Positions 54,458-64,000 of a stretch of 64,000 nucleotides of DNA are shown in pieces; positions within the stretch are counted from its first letter, which is position 1, and every line of letters begins with the position of its first letter. The notes beneath the pieces are model-generated. The model was not told the origin of the DNA. It saw only the letters and a program-made list of their open reading frames with translations, and searched no databases. A program made the position numbers and the translations under genes. Source of the stretch: an uncultured bacterium (GTDB lineage Bacteria > Oederibacteriota > JAAXVQ01 > JAUVAV01); assembly GCA_963710755.1 (NCBI GenBank), contig CAVQBK010000003.1:1056001-1120000 (forward strand), read 5' to 3'.

Positions 54458-56797
54458 TTGAAAACACGTCAATCTAAGACTGGAAAAAATAAAAAAGCTT
54501 TAGTCAAGATTAAGGTCAGCCAGGGGAAGCATATGCCCGCCCCTTGCCCGGGTGATCCGGCTGAACTGAGTGGTCAATTGATCAAGGATCACGGTTTGAC
54601 GCCACGGGAATATAAAACCATTGAAACCATTTTGGGACGCACACCCAGTTATACGGAATTGGGCATGTTCTCAGTTATGTGGTCGGAACACTGTTCCTAT
54701 AAAAATTCCCGGCCTGTCTTAAAGACGTTTCCTACCAAAAACAGACGGGTCATTCAAGGACCGGGGGAAAATGCCGGGGTTATGGACATCGGAGACGGCC
54801 GGGCTATTTGTTTTAAAGTAGAGTCACACAACCATCCCAGTGCCATAGAACCCTATCAAGGTGCGGCTACAGGTGTGGGCGGCATCTTGCGTGATATTTT
54901 CACCATGGGGGCCAGACCGGTAGCTTGTCTCGATTCTCTTCGTTTTGGAAAACTTAACCATCATAAAACCAAACGATTGTTTCAAGGCGTGGTGGAAGGC
55001 ATTGCCGGTTATGGCAACTGCATAGGCGTGCCCACCGTGGGCGGGGAAGTGGTCTTCGACGATACCTATAATGACAATTGTTTGGTTAATGTCATGGCCG
55101 TTGGTTTTATGAAACATGAAGAACTGGCTTTGGGCCGTGCCTCCGGCATTGGCAACCGGGTCTTCTACATCGGCTCCACCACGGGCCGCGATGGCATTCA
55201 CGGGGCCACCTTTGCTTCGGAAGAACTCTCCAATGAAGCTGAAGAACGACGCAGTGCCGTGCAAGTGGCTGATCCCTTCATGGAAAAATTGTTGCTGGAG
55301 GCCACACTCGAGCTGATCCGAGGCAAGCACTTGGTGGGCATCCAGGATATGGGGGCTGCCGGACTGGCTTGTGCTACCTCGGAAATGGCGGCGCGCGGTA
55401 AAACCGGCTTGGAAATCGAACTGGACCGGGTGCCCCAGCGGGAAACCGGCATGGTGCCTTATGAAATTATGCTGAGCGAATCGCAAGAACGTATGCTGCT
55501 GGTGTCTAAGAAGGGTCACGAAAAGCAGGTAAGCGCAATTCTTAAAAAGTGGCATTTACACGTGGCCGATATCGGCAAAGTTACGGATGACGGGCTGGTC
55601 AGGGTAAAACACCATAACCAAGTGGTGGCGGAAATTCCAGCCGGAGCATTGGCGGATACCAAGTATCCCGGTTATCCTACTTATTTTCGACCTGCAAAAA
55701 AACCGGCGTATCTGGATAAGGTGCAACAATTAGGGTCCAAGATGTTGGCCCGAACGGTCAAAGAACAAACGGCTTTGGAAAAGCTGTTGGCATCGCCTAA
55801 TTTATGTTCCAAGCGCTATGTATGGGAGCAATACGATCATATGGTGCGCACCAATAGCGTACTTTTACCGGGGGCCGGGGCTGCGGTTATTCGGGTTAAG
55901 CATACCAACAAAGCCGTGGCCGTGTCCTTGGATTGCAATGGAAGATATGTTTATCTTGATCCCAAAGGGGGCGGGCGCATTGCCGTGGCTGAAGCCGCAC
56001 GCAATGTGGCTATAACCGGTGCCAAACCAATCGGCATGACCAACTGCCTCAACTTTGGCAATCCTATGGATCCGGAAATTTTCTGGCAATTTAAAGAAGC
56101 GGTTAAAGGCATGGCCGAAACCTGCCAAGTGCTCGATACCCCGGTCACAGGCGGGAATGTAAGTTTTTATAATGAAAGCCCACAGGAAGCCGTGGATCCC
56201 ACACCCGTGGTGGGGATCGTTGGGTTGCTGGAGGATCAACAGAAATTAGTCACCCCTTGGTTCAAAGAGCGGGGGGATATTATAGTCTTATTGGGCAAGA
56301 CTTATGAAGAACTAGGCGGGTCTTCGTGGTTGTTCGAGCTCAAGGGCATCAAGGCCGGTAAACCACCGGTGCTAAACCTTAAAAAGGAAAAGGCGTTGCA
56401 ACAGCTGTTGCTGGCGGCCGGTGAAAAGCAATTGTTAAAGTCAGCACAGGATTGTGCTGAAGGCGGGTTGGCCGTGGCGGTGGCGGAATGCACTATTTTA
56501 GGGCGTACCGCTGGTCAAGGGTTGATGGGGGCGGAGCTTAACCTGCACGATTCCTTTGACAGCACTACGGCATTGTTTTCCGAGAGCCAGTCCCGGGTCA
56601 TTGTATCGATTGCTCCTGATAAGTTTAAAACTTTTACCAAGTTGTGCCAAGCGCATCACGTTCCCGTGTCTGAGATAGGCCGGGTGGGCGGTAAAACCTT
56701 GAGTATCTTTCATCACGGCCGTCCGGTGTTGGAACAAAAAGTCAGCAAGTTGTATGAATTATGGAAAGGCGGTTTGAAAAAATATGTTCACGGCTGA
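54458..56797 (+). CDS. purL: FGAM synthase subunit PurL (small form)
   Basis: [51 protein letters not shown]; TTG start after GGAGG. Confidence 0.97.
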   Translation: MKTRQSKTGKNKKALVKIKVSQGKHMPAPCPGDPAELSGQLIKDHGLTPREYKTIETILGRTPSYTELGMFSVMWSEHCSYKNSRPVLKTFPTKNRRVIQGPGENAGVMDIGDGRAICFKVESHNHPSAIEPYQGAATGVGGILRDIFTMGARPVACLDSLRFGKLNHHKTKRLFQGVVEGIAGYGNCIGVPTVGGEVVFDDTYNDNCLVNVMAVGFMKHEELALGRASGIGNRVFYIGSTTGRDGIHGATFASEELSNEAEERRSAVQVADPFMEKLLLEATLELIRGKHLVGIQDMGAAGLACATSEMAARGKTGLEIELDRVPQRETGMVPYEIMLSESQERMLLVSKKGHEKQVSAILKKWHLHVADIGKVTDDGLVRVKHHNQVVAEIPAGALADTKYPGYPTYFRPAKKPAYLDKVQQLGSKMLARTVKEQTALEKLLASPNLCSKRYVWEQYDHMVRTNSVLLPGAGAAVIRVKHTNKAVAVSLDCNGRYVYLDPKGGGRIAVAEAARNVAITGAKPIGMTNCLNFGNPMDPEIFWQFKEAVKGMAETCQVLDTPVTGGNVSFYNESPQEAVDPTPVVGIVGLLEDQQKLVTPWFKERGDIIVLLGKTYEELGGSSWLFELKGIKAGKPPVLNLKKEKALQQLLLAAGEKQLLKSAQDCAEGGLAVAVAECTILGRTAGQGLMGAELNLHDSFDSTTALFSESQSRVIVSIAPDKFKTFTKLCQAHHVPVSEIGRVGGKTLSIFHHGRPVLEQKVSKLYELWKGGLKKYVHG

Positions 56798-58247
56798 GGG
56801 TGATAAACCCAAAGAATATTGCGGGATTGCCGGTGTATACGGACACCCGGAAGCGGCCAACCTGGTCTACTTGATGCTCTATGCATTGCAGCACCGCGGC
56901 CAGGAGGGCGCAGGCATTGTTTCTTCCAGTGTCAAAGGCTTTCATTCTATTCGTTCCTCAGGATTGGTGGCCGATGTGTTCGACGGAGAAAAACTTAAAA
57001 ACCTGGAAGGGGAGCAAGCCATAGGGCATGTGCGCTATTCCACCACCGGGGCCTCGGTTGAGAAAAATAATCAGCCCATTATAGTGGACTACAGCCGGGG
57101 CAATTTAGCCCTGGCGCATAACGGCAATATTGTCAATGCTGCAGAAATAAAAAAAGAGTTGGAAGATTTTGGTTCCATTTTCCAAACCACGGCGGATACG
57201 GAAATTCTGATCCATCTTATTGCCAAGAGCACCAAAAAGGATTTCGTGGAGGCGTTGATTTCCAGTCTGGAACGGTTGAAGGGCGCTTACTCCATGGTCC
57301 TGCTCAATGATGAAGGCATGGTGGCCATGCGTGATCCCCAGGGGTTCCGTCCTTTGGCGCTGGGAAAGCTCAAGGAAGGCTATGTGGTTGCTTCCGAGAC
57401 CTGTGCTTTTGACCTTATTGGCGCGCAGTATGTCCGGGACATTGAACCAGGGGAATTGGTCAAGATTGATGATCAAGGTGTTCATTCCCTGCGCTTTGAG
57501 AACGGCTATAAGGCTCATGCTTTTTGCGTCTTTGAGCATATTTACTTTTCCCGTCCCGACTCCCTGGTATTTGGCCATTCCTGCTGGGAAGCACGGAAAA
57601 AACTGGGGGTCATGTTAGCCAAGGAGGACCAGGTTGAAGCGGATCTGGTCATCCCTGTCCCTGATTCCGGCGTATGCACGGCTATTGGTTATGCCCAGGA
57701 AGCGGGGCTGCCTTATGAAATGGCCTTGATTCGCAATCATTATATTGGCCGTACCTTTATTGAACCTTCACAAAGTATCAGGGATTTTGGGGTTAAATTG
57801 AAATTTAATGTGGTCAAGGAAGCTGTGAAAGACAAGCGGGTCGTGGTTATTGATGATTCTTTGGTGAGAGGTACCACGGCCAGAAAAATTGTAAAAATGA
57901 TTCGTCAGGCTGGGGCTAAGGAAATTCATATGCGCTTAAGTTCACCACCCGTGATGTATCCCTGTTTTTATGGTATGGATTTTCCTACGCGCAAAGAATT
58001 GATAGCCTCCACCCATACCCTGGAAGAAATTACCCGCTATTTGCGGGTGGACAGTGTGGCCTACTTATCCAAAGAGGGTATGTTGGGAGCCATGAAGGAA
58101 GCGAAAAAACATTTTTGTACGGCTTGTTTTGATGGCAACTATCCCGTGGATTTTAGGGACCGCAATAAATTAAGCAGTCAGGAAGTGGTGGAAAAACAAA
58201 TTGGCAAACATCGCCTGGAAACCATCAAGGAGGAGGCCTATGACTAA
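56784..58247 (+). CDS. purF: Amidophosphoribosyltransferase with short propeptide
   Basis: [41 protein letters not shown]. Confidence 0.98.
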   Translation: MFTAEGDKPKEYCGIAGVYGHPEAANLVYLMLYALQHRGQEGAGIVSSSVKGFHSIRSSGLVADVFDGEKLKNLEGEQAIGHVRYSTTGASVEKNNQPIIVDYSRGNLALAHNGNIVNAAEIKKELEDFGSIFQTTADTEILIHLIAKSTKKDFVEALISSLERLKGAYSMVLLNDEGMVAMRDPQGFRPLALGKLKEGYVVASETCAFDLIGAQYVRDIEPGELVKIDDQGVHSLRFENGYKAHAFCVFEHIYFSRPDSLVFGHSCWEARKKLGVMLAKEDQVEADLVIPVPDSGVCTAIGYAQEAGLPYEMALIRNHYIGRTFIEPSQSIRDFGVKLKFNVVKEAVKDKRVVVIDDSLVRGTTARKIVKMIRQAGAKEIHMRLSSPPVMYPCFYGMDFPTRKELIASTHTLEEITRYLRVDSVAYLSKEGMLGAMKEAKKHFCTACFDGNYPVDFRDRNKLSSQEVVEKQIGKHRLETIKEEAYD

Positions 58248-59280
58248 GGCCAAGACTCAAGATGCCTACAGCAAAGCTGGGGTCAACATTGATGCCGGTC
58301 ATGCGGCCGTACGAAAAATGAAACGTCATGTTAAAATGGCCCGGACCAAAGGCATGATTACCGATATTGGATCTTTTGGCGGGCTATTTCAATTGCCGAC
58401 GGGATATAAGCATCCCGTGCTGGTCGGTTCCACCGATGGCGTTGGGACCAAAGTCATGATAGCCTCCTTGATGAAAAAATACGATACGGTGGGTCAGGAC
58501 CTGGTCAACCACTGTGTGGATGATATTCTGGTCCAAGGCGCAAGCCCGCTTTTTTTTATGGATTATTTTGCCACCGGCAAATTAGATCCAGCTATGGCCG
58601 AGCAATTGGTTAAAGGTCTGGCCAAGGCCTGCCGGGAAAACGGCTGTGCACTGTTAGGTGGTGAAACCGCCGAGATGCCAGGTATCTATCAAGATGAGGA
58701 TTTTGATCTCGCTGGCACCATTGTGGGTATAGTTGACAAAAAAGACATCATAGATGGAAGTGGTATTAAAGCGGGTGATATTATTTTAGGTCTGCCGTCA
58801 ACCGGTCTGCATACTAATGGTTTTTCCCTGGCACGGCAACTATTCTTTAAAAAATTAAAATTTAAAGTGCATCGTTATGTGCCCGATCTTAAGACCACTG
58901 TGGGCGAAGCCTTGCTGGCTGTTCATCGTTCCTACCTTCCGGCCATTGCCAGTCTGAGAAAAAAAATAACGATAAAAGGAATGGCTCATATTACGGGTGG
59001 TGGATTTATTGACAATATTCCCAGGATTTTACCTCAGGGATGCCGTGCGGTTATAAAATGGGGCACTTGGCCGGTTTTGCCCATCTTTGAATTTATCCAA
59101 ACCAGGGGTCATATAGAAAAAATGACAATGATGAGAACTTTCAATATGGGGATCGGTTTGACGATCGTAGTCAGCTCCAAGGATAAGGACAAGGCTATCA
59201 AAATGTTAAAAAGTAAAGGGGAAGCAGTTTATGAGCTGGGCCTTATAGAAAAAGGTTCAAAAAAGACTGTGATTATTTAA
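58240..59280 (+). CDS. purM: AIR synthase
   Basis: AGVNID, STDGVGTK, GGETAEMP, GLHTNGFS, AHITGGG, RTFNMGIG; GGAGG RBS. Confidence 0.98.
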   Translation: MTKAKTQDAYSKAGVNIDAGHAAVRKMKRHVKMARTKGMITDIGSFGGLFQLPTGYKHPVLVGSTDGVGTKVMIASLMKKYDTVGQDLVNHCVDDILVQGASPLFFMDYFATGKLDPAMAEQLVKGLAKACRENGCALLGGETAEMPGIYQDEDFDLAGTIVGIVDKKDIIDGSGIKAGDIILGLPSTGLHTNGFSLARQLFFKKLKFKVHRYVPDLKTTVGEALLAVHRSYLPAIASLRKKITIKGMAHITGGGFIDNIPRILPQGCRAVIKWGTWPVLPIFEFIQTRGHIEKMTMMRTFNMGIGLTIVVSSKDKDKAIKMLKSKGEAVYELGLIEKGSKKTVII

Positions 59281-59285
59281 AATAC

Positions 59286-59307
59286 CCCGCGATATAAGGC
59301 GGGTTTT
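59286..59307 (+). terminator. Probable terminator after purM
   Basis: CCCGC-GATATAAG-GCGGG-TTTT. Confidence 0.45.
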
Positions 59308-59417
59308 AGCAAAAGCATATTAATTTAAAAATTATTTCTCCTAACTCTTTTACTTACAAGTTAATATCATTCTATGAAAAATAGTGAAGAAAAAAGATGA
59401 ATTTTTTAAAAAGTATA

Positions 59418-59444
59418 GAACCTAATATGGCCCTGGGGGTCATA
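59418..59444 (+). promoter_or_regulatory. ECF (sigmaE-like) promoter
   Basis: GAACCT-16 nt-TCATA directly before the structured RNA. Confidence 0.5.
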
Positions 59445-59447
59445 ATA

Positions 59448-59540
59448 GCTAAAGTCCCCTATTCGAGCTTTAGTCACGGTTTCCCTCCAGTGGCTAAGGC
59501 GGGCCCGGCCGGGAATCCCTCCCCGGCCGGGTCTTTTTTT
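59448..59540 (+). ncRNA. Putative ~90-nt sRNA with two hairpins presenting TCCCTCC motifs
   Basis: Stem GCTTTAGTCAC/GTGGCTAAGGC, loop GGTTTCCCTCCA; terminator stem GGCCCGGCCGGG/CCCGGCCGGGTC, loop AATCCCTC, T7 tail; no ORF. Confidence 0.6.
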
Positions 59541-59647
59541 ATCACTTTTTCCTGATCCAGCCAAAATTAATTTGGCCAACACCAGTGACGTTATATAATG
59601 AAATTATGGGAAAGGTCCCACGCTGATAGCAGTAAAGGAGAAAGGTC

Positions 59648-60289
59648 ATGCCCGAAGAAGCCCCAAGTAAGGAAACTTTATTCTGTGCAATCCATCACCA
59701 AAGTGCCCAATGGCAATGTGGGTTGTGCGGCCAACCCATTTGCCACGACTGCCATCCTGTTGGTCTCAATTATCAGGTTTTCCATCCCCAGTGTGCGCCG
59801 CAAGCCCGTGAAAAAATGGACATCCAAGATCAGCAAAGGAAAGAAGTGGATGCACCTTCACCAGGGGTGAAATTTTTTTCCTGGCTAATCATCATTGGTG
59901 CCATGGTGCTCTTTGGAGTAGGCTTGTTTTTATTGATTTTTTCCATGATAGGACAGCAAGTTCCCTTGCGGGCCATGATGAGTGGTCCCGTGGCGCCGAG
60001 CATCGACAGTATTCCTGGCGGAAGAACCCTGCTTACCTGGCTGGGCGGCTTGGGCTTAATATTCAGCGGGATAGGCCTGGTATTGGGCATTGGCCTTCTC
60101 AATTGTGTGGCTGCAGCCCGGAAAACCTTGTTGGTGCTGGCCTGGCTGGATGTGGTCCTGTCTGCGGTGGTTTGGCTGGTGATTGCCATTGTAGGCCGAG
60201 GAGTGTGGACAATTCCCCTGTTGGCAGGCGTGATCATTTGGTATTTCACCCGGCCCAAAGTGAAAAAACAATTTGAACAAGTATTATAA
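59648..60289 (+). CDS. Membrane protein with N-terminal B-box-like zinc finger
   Basis: CAIH-x6-CGLCGQPICHDC...HPQC, then about 4 TM segments. Confidence 0.75.
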   Translation: MPEEAPSKETLFCAIHHQSAQWQCGLCGQPICHDCHPVGLNYQVFHPQCAPQAREKMDIQDQQRKEVDAPSPGVKFFSWLIIIGAMVLFGVGLFLLIFSMIGQQVPLRAMMSGPVAPSIDSIPGGRTLLTWLGGLGLIFSGIGLVLGIGLLNCVAAARKTLLVLAWLDVVLSAVVWLVIAIVGRGVWTIPLLAGVIIWYFTRPKVKKQFEQVL

Positions 60290-60338
60290 ATGAAAGCATG
60301 GGACCGATGACTTATCTAAAAATAAGGTGGGATAAGGG

Positions 60339-60758
60339 CTAGTGTTCCTGATTGGAAGGGAGCTGGCGTAATTGTTTTTTTTGCGACTGATGACGTTTAT
60401 TGGCCAGCATTTTTTCCTTGGCTCTTTTGCTTCGCTTTCTCTTTTGGCGTCTGATTTTTTCCGCCTGCTGCTGTTGGGCACTGAGCTTGCCCATTCGTTC
60501 GGACTCGATTTTATTGACCAAAAGACGGCGAGCTAAAAAACGGTTAAGACTTTGCGACCGTTCCCGGTCACAGCGCACGCTTATCCCAGTAGGAAGGTGC
60601 TTGAGCACCACACAGGTTGAAGTTTTGTTGACGTGCTGACCGCCGGGGCCTTGGGAACGAACAAACCGTTCCTGCAAATCGCGTTCAAAAATCTCCAGCC
60701 GGACCATCTGTTCTTCCAAAGCCTGCAGTTTTTTTTCCGAAACAACATTATCAGACAT
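60339..60758 (-). CDS. Release-factor-like peptidyl-tRNA hydrolase (ArfB/C12orf65-like ribosome rescue factor)
   Basis: ERFVRSQGPGGQHVNKTSTCV.LKHLPTG..ERSQSLNR; very basic C-tail; AGGAG RBS. Confidence 0.88.
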   Translation of the reverse strand: MSDNVVSEKKLQALEEQMVRLEIFERDLQERFVRSQGPGGQHVNKTSTCVVLKHLPTGISVRCDRERSQSLNRFLARRLLVNKIESERMGKLSAQQQQAEKIRRQKRKRSKRAKEKMLANKRHQSQKKQLRQLPSNQEH

Positions 60759-60946
60759 GGGTCGGCTCCTAATAGTGGGGTGGGTATGGTCCCCAGCAAG
60801 GAGTATAACCATCGAACTGAGTAAGCTCAACGAAAAAACTGAGGATAGGCAAGCTGTCACTCATGTTTCTGAGAAATTTGTGGTAAGCACATGGCGAAAA
60901 TCGATCCCGTCAACTAATTTCTGTTGCGGAAAAGGCAATTCTCTTA

Positions 60947-60984
60947 CACCCTCTCCCCCAATTTCGGGGGAGAGGGTGAGGGGG
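60947..60984. repeat. CCCTCTCCC...GGGAGAGGG REP-like palindrome
   Basis: CACCCTCTCCCCC-AATTTC-GGGGGAGAGGGTG then AGGGG; degenerate relative near 54347-54384. Confidence 0.65.
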
Positions 60985-61197
60985 CAAAAGACCTTGCACT
61001 CACCTCCATCCCCCCTGGGTGTCCGCTGTAAGGGTATCTTCCAAGAGGAGAGGACTATTTGATTGAGATCAAAAAGACCTTTTTTGCAATAGGAACTTAC
61101 TACAACGGGACATGCAATAGATCGCAGTAATTTCATTATTTGAATTGGGTTAGCTGTGGTAACCTGGGAGCCTGAGCATATGGCCAATCAGGCTTCG

Positions 61198-61321
61198 GAG
61201 CAATTTGAGCAAATACAGAAATAAATACTCGGTTGTCCTTTCGGGCATTGGTATTATTATGATAAGGACGCGTCCGTCATTGAAGATGACGGACGCAGCG
61301 GTCCATTTGCTCAAATTACTC
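61198..61321. mobile_element. MITE-like 124-bp element with 17-bp terminal inverted repeats and an internal hairpin
   Basis: GAGCAATTTGAGCAAAT ... ATTTGCTCAAATTACTC (16/17); GCGTCCGTCAT-TGAAG-ATGACGGACGC at 61270-61296. Confidence 0.55.
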
Positions 61322-61366
61322 AGTTTTCCAGGGTAAAATAGTTCACCTTGTAAACAAGGATAGTTT

Positions 61367-63394
61367 ATGCCTCAACAAGTTCCTTCACCCATAGATGTCG
61401 ATGCCTTCTTCGGTCCCAAGGGGAAATTGGCTTCCATTCTGCCCGGCTATGTGGAAAGACCGGAACAGACAGCCATGGCGGCCACCATCGCCCAGGCTTT
61501 GGCCAAGAAACAGCATTGTCTGGCAGAAGCCGGCACCGGTGTAGGTAAGAGTTTGGCCTACCTTATTCCGGCCGTAGCCTGGGCCCAGACTCATGAGACC
61601 AGGATTCTTGTTTCCACCCACACCAAGGCCTTGCAAATGCAACTCGTTCAGCAGGAATTGCCTCGGATTGCTCGGGACTCTTTTTTTGACCAACCGGTTC
61701 GCTATGAAATGTGTGTAGGCGCTGAAAATTATATCTGTTTACTCAGGTTGATCCGCTTGGCCCATGATCCCAGAGGATTGGGGCTGGACCGGGAAGCGGG
61801 CGCCGGGTTAGCCTATTTACTGGCCTGGAGCCGCGAACAGGTTTCAGGCCTAAAGCAGGATCTCGATCAGGCCGTGCCGGACTGGCTTTGGCACCATGTC
61901 AGTATCATCCGGGAAACGTGTATTCATCGTCATTGTCCTTATTTTGAGGATTGCTTTTTGCAAATCGCCAGAAAAAAACAACGCCAGGCCCAGGTGCTGG
62001 TCTGCAACCACAGCCTGTTCTTTGCCAATGTTATGACTGAGGGGAAATTGCTTCCTGATGTCGGCGCCGTCATCCTAGATGAGGCCCACAAAGTAGAGGA
62101 TGTGGCCACTCAGTTTTTCAGTCAAGAATTAAGCCAGGCGCAACTTACCAGCTTGCTGCAGGAACTTGATAACAAAGGACGTGGCAGCATTCTCCGTCAA
62201 GTTCATGGTTTGCCTGCTCGTTTGCTCGAGGATTGGGATCGCCAGGCCCGGTCTATCCTGACACAACAAGCGGCCTGGTGGCAAAGCCTGAGCAGCGCCT
62301 TGGGTCCGCAAGACGTGCTCAGTTATGATAATCAGGTCATGTTGTCAACCGCCGCGCCGGCGGAAGCAGTGGAGAACCTGGCCCGCAGTATCCATGAGGC
62401 TGATGGGTTGGTGGAAACTGAAGAGGACAATAAAGTCGTCAGTTTGCTGGCTCAGCGGCTTGGTCAGGCGGCCATTATCCTATCCGACTGGGAAAAACGG
62501 CAGACCCCGGACAGGGTTTATTGGGCAGAACGCTATTTTATCCGTCAGACACAGCATTTGAAAATCAACAGCACACCTTTGACCCTGGATAAAAAATTCA
62601 AAATGATGGTGCTCGATTCCTGGCCCAGCGTCAGCTTTGTTTCGGCCACCATGGCCATCAATAAGGATTTTCGCTATTTCAAGTCCAGGTTGGGTATTAC
62701 CCAAGCCCTGGAGATTGTGTTGGAATCACCTTTTCCTTATGAAGCGCATGCAGCCCTTTATTTTCCCCGGGCGATGCCGGAACCGAACCAAGGTGAAGCC
62801 TATGTGGAGAGGTTGCAACAAGAAGTGCTGCAATTAATCCACCTATTCCAGGGCGGTATTTTCGTGCTCTTTACCAACAACCGCCTGATGAAGCAAGTCG
62901 GCCAGGCGATCAGGCCGCAGTTGGGTGACCATCTGCTTTTAATTCAAGGCGAAGCACCGGCCCACCAGTTGCTCCAACAATTTAAAGCTCATCACCACGC
63001 TGTCATGTTGGGTGTGGAAACCTTTTGGCAGGGCGTGGATGTGCCGGGCGAGGCTTTGCGTTGCGTAGTATTAACACGTCTGCCTTTTGATGTGCCCACG
63101 CATCCAGTGATGCAACATCGCGCTGCTTACCTCGAGCGCCAAGGAATAAATCCTTTTGTAGCTTACGCCTTGCCCAGAGCCATGTTGATGATGCGGCAAG
63201 GCTTTGGACGCTTGATCAGGCATCATGAAGACCGTGGCGTGGTGGCCATTCTCGACGCCCGAGTACAAACCCGGTCGTGGGGGAAAAGGTTTATTACCAT
63301 GCTGCCGGCCTGCGCTCATTTAGCCAGCCTGGATCAAGTAGAGGGCTTTGTAAAAAAACATTTTATTCCAGGGGATACATCATCTATAGTCTGA
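61367..63394 (+). CDS. DinG/YoaA-family Fe-S DNA helicase
   Basis: ERPEQ, EAGTGVGKSLAYL, Cys cluster (YIC...CIHRHCPYFEDC), DEAH, SAT, FWQGVD.PG, QGFGRLIR. Confidence 0.93.
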   Translation: MPQQVPSPIDVDAFFGPKGKLASILPGYVERPEQTAMAATIAQALAKKQHCLAEAGTGVGKSLAYLIPAVAWAQTHETRILVSTHTKALQMQLVQQELPRIARDSFFDQPVRYEMCVGAENYICLLRLIRLAHDPRGLGLDREAGAGLAYLLAWSREQVSGLKQDLDQAVPDWLWHHVSIIRETCIHRHCPYFEDCFLQIARKKQRQAQVLVCNHSLFFANVMTEGKLLPDVGAVILDEAHKVEDVATQFFSQELSQAQLTSLLQELDNKGRGSILRQVHGLPARLLEDWDRQARSILTQQAAWWQSLSSALGPQDVLSYDNQVMLSTAAPAEAVENLARSIHEADGLVETEEDNKVVSLLAQRLGQAAIILSDWEKRQTPDRVYWAERYFIRQTQHLKINSTPLTLDKKFKMMVLDSWPSVSFVSATMAINKDFRYFKSRLGITQALEIVLESPFPYEAHAALYFPRAMPEPNQGEAYVERLQQEVLQLIHLFQGGIFVLFTNNRLMKQVGQAIRPQLGDHLLLIQGEAPAHQLLQQFKAHHHAVMLGVETFWQGVDVPGEALRCVVLTRLPFDVPTHPVMQHRAAYLERQGINPFVAYALPRAMLMMRQGFGRLIRHHEDRGVVAILDARVQTRSWGKRFITMLPACAHLASLDQVEGFVKKHFIPGDTSSIV

Positions 63395-63435
63395 GGTTAA
63401 AGGAATCAGGTGGTGGCAGGTCATAAGGAGGGGTT

Positions 63436-63663
63436 ATGCAAGATCACATCAACAAAATCGCGTTTGGACTCATTATCGGCGGGGCCCTGTTAAGTCTGGG
63501 TCGGGATTTTTGGACCCCGGTGGTGGTCAAGCTTTATACCAAAATCAGTGGTCGCAGCGAAGACAGTCGCTTGCGGCCGGTGTTGACCTTGTATTTAATG
63601 TTGACCGGAATGATTCTTACGGTAGTGGGACTTCTGGGGTTATTTAATATTCTGAAATTTTAA
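63436..63663 (+). CDS. Small two-TM membrane protein
   Basis: TAAGGAGG RBS; two hydrophobic segments. Confidence 0.65.
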   Translation: MQDHINKIAFGLIIGGALLSLGRDFWTPVVVKLYTKISGRSEDSRLRPVLTLYLMLTGMILTVVGLLGLFNILKF

Positions 63664-63686
63664 AAGTTAAGCTAACGCTGCCGACG

Positions 63687-64000
63687 TCAGCTTTTAGGGC
63701 GGGCCAATTGCATAACTTCGTCTTCAATGTTGAGCAGATTGGCTACATTGTTGGAAAGCTCTTCCAGCTCAAAGGGTTTGGTCATATACAAATCGGCTTG
63801 CAAAATATACAATCCTTTAACCTTGGCCATGAACTGGGTTTTGGCTGAAAGGATAATAACACGGATATTCTTGGTGTTCATGTTGCCTTTTACACTATGA
63901 CAAACCACCCAGCCGTCAACTTTGGGCATCATAATATCGAGGATCATCAAGTCCGGCTTGCAGTCGGCCACCTTTTCCAAGGCCTCCAAACCATCAAAAG
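63687..64000 (-). CDS. Response regulator receiver domain, 5' end beyond the window
   Basis: DGLEAL..KPDLMILDIMMP.VDG, LSA, YMTKPF. Confidence 0.85.
   Translation of the reverse strand, partial: FDGLEALEKVADCKPDLMILDIMMPKVDGWVVCHSVKGNMNTKNIRVIILSAKTQFMAKVKGLYILQADLYMTKPFELEELSNNVANLLNIEDEVMQLARPKS

Noticed and set aside
60757-61187. ORFs 60757-61062 (+) and 60861-61187 (-)
   Set aside because: They translate the palindromic repeat (PSPPISGERVRG / PLTLSPEIGGEG); no other coding signal

Overview
Chromosomal window from a diderm bacterium, almost all coding on the + strand, standard genetic code. Diderm markers are rfaD, AsmA, LolA and a PorV/OmpA protein; it also carries Bacillus/Thermotoga-type CheC/CheD, RNase J and split PurS/Q/L. 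A candidate-phylum lineage such as FCPU426/Firestonebacteria/Goldbacteria is my guess only. Housekeeping blocks: prfA-prmC, recA, sugar-phosphate enzymes, rnj, ftsK-lolA-rodZ-yajQ-rimO-pgsA-pgpA-pyk, nnr, thiL-tsaE-tsaB-rimI-csp, purB-S-Q-L-F-M and a DinG helicase. Most unusual elements: (1) a tightly coupled chemosensory operon (2343-11704) with no CheA or receptor, but with two all-TPR proteins, an MshEN-like/CheW fusion and a P-II protein with altered effector residues, followed by a REC-GAF-HD-GYP gene behind a sigma28-like box; (2) two arrays of one 44/45-bp hairpin-containing tandem-repeat family (13 and 21 units) just after the rnj and tsaB stop codons; (3) a 37-aa lysine-repeat gene missed by the ORF track, with its own promoter and terminator; (4) a probable ~90-nt sRNA with UCCCUCC loops behind an ECF-type promoter; (5) a PorV-like/OmpA protein next to a decayed T9SS-CTD-like gene; (6) several REP/MITE-like inverted repeats. 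No rRNA, tRNA, CRISPR or transposase was recognised. All calls are by eye; no database searches were run.
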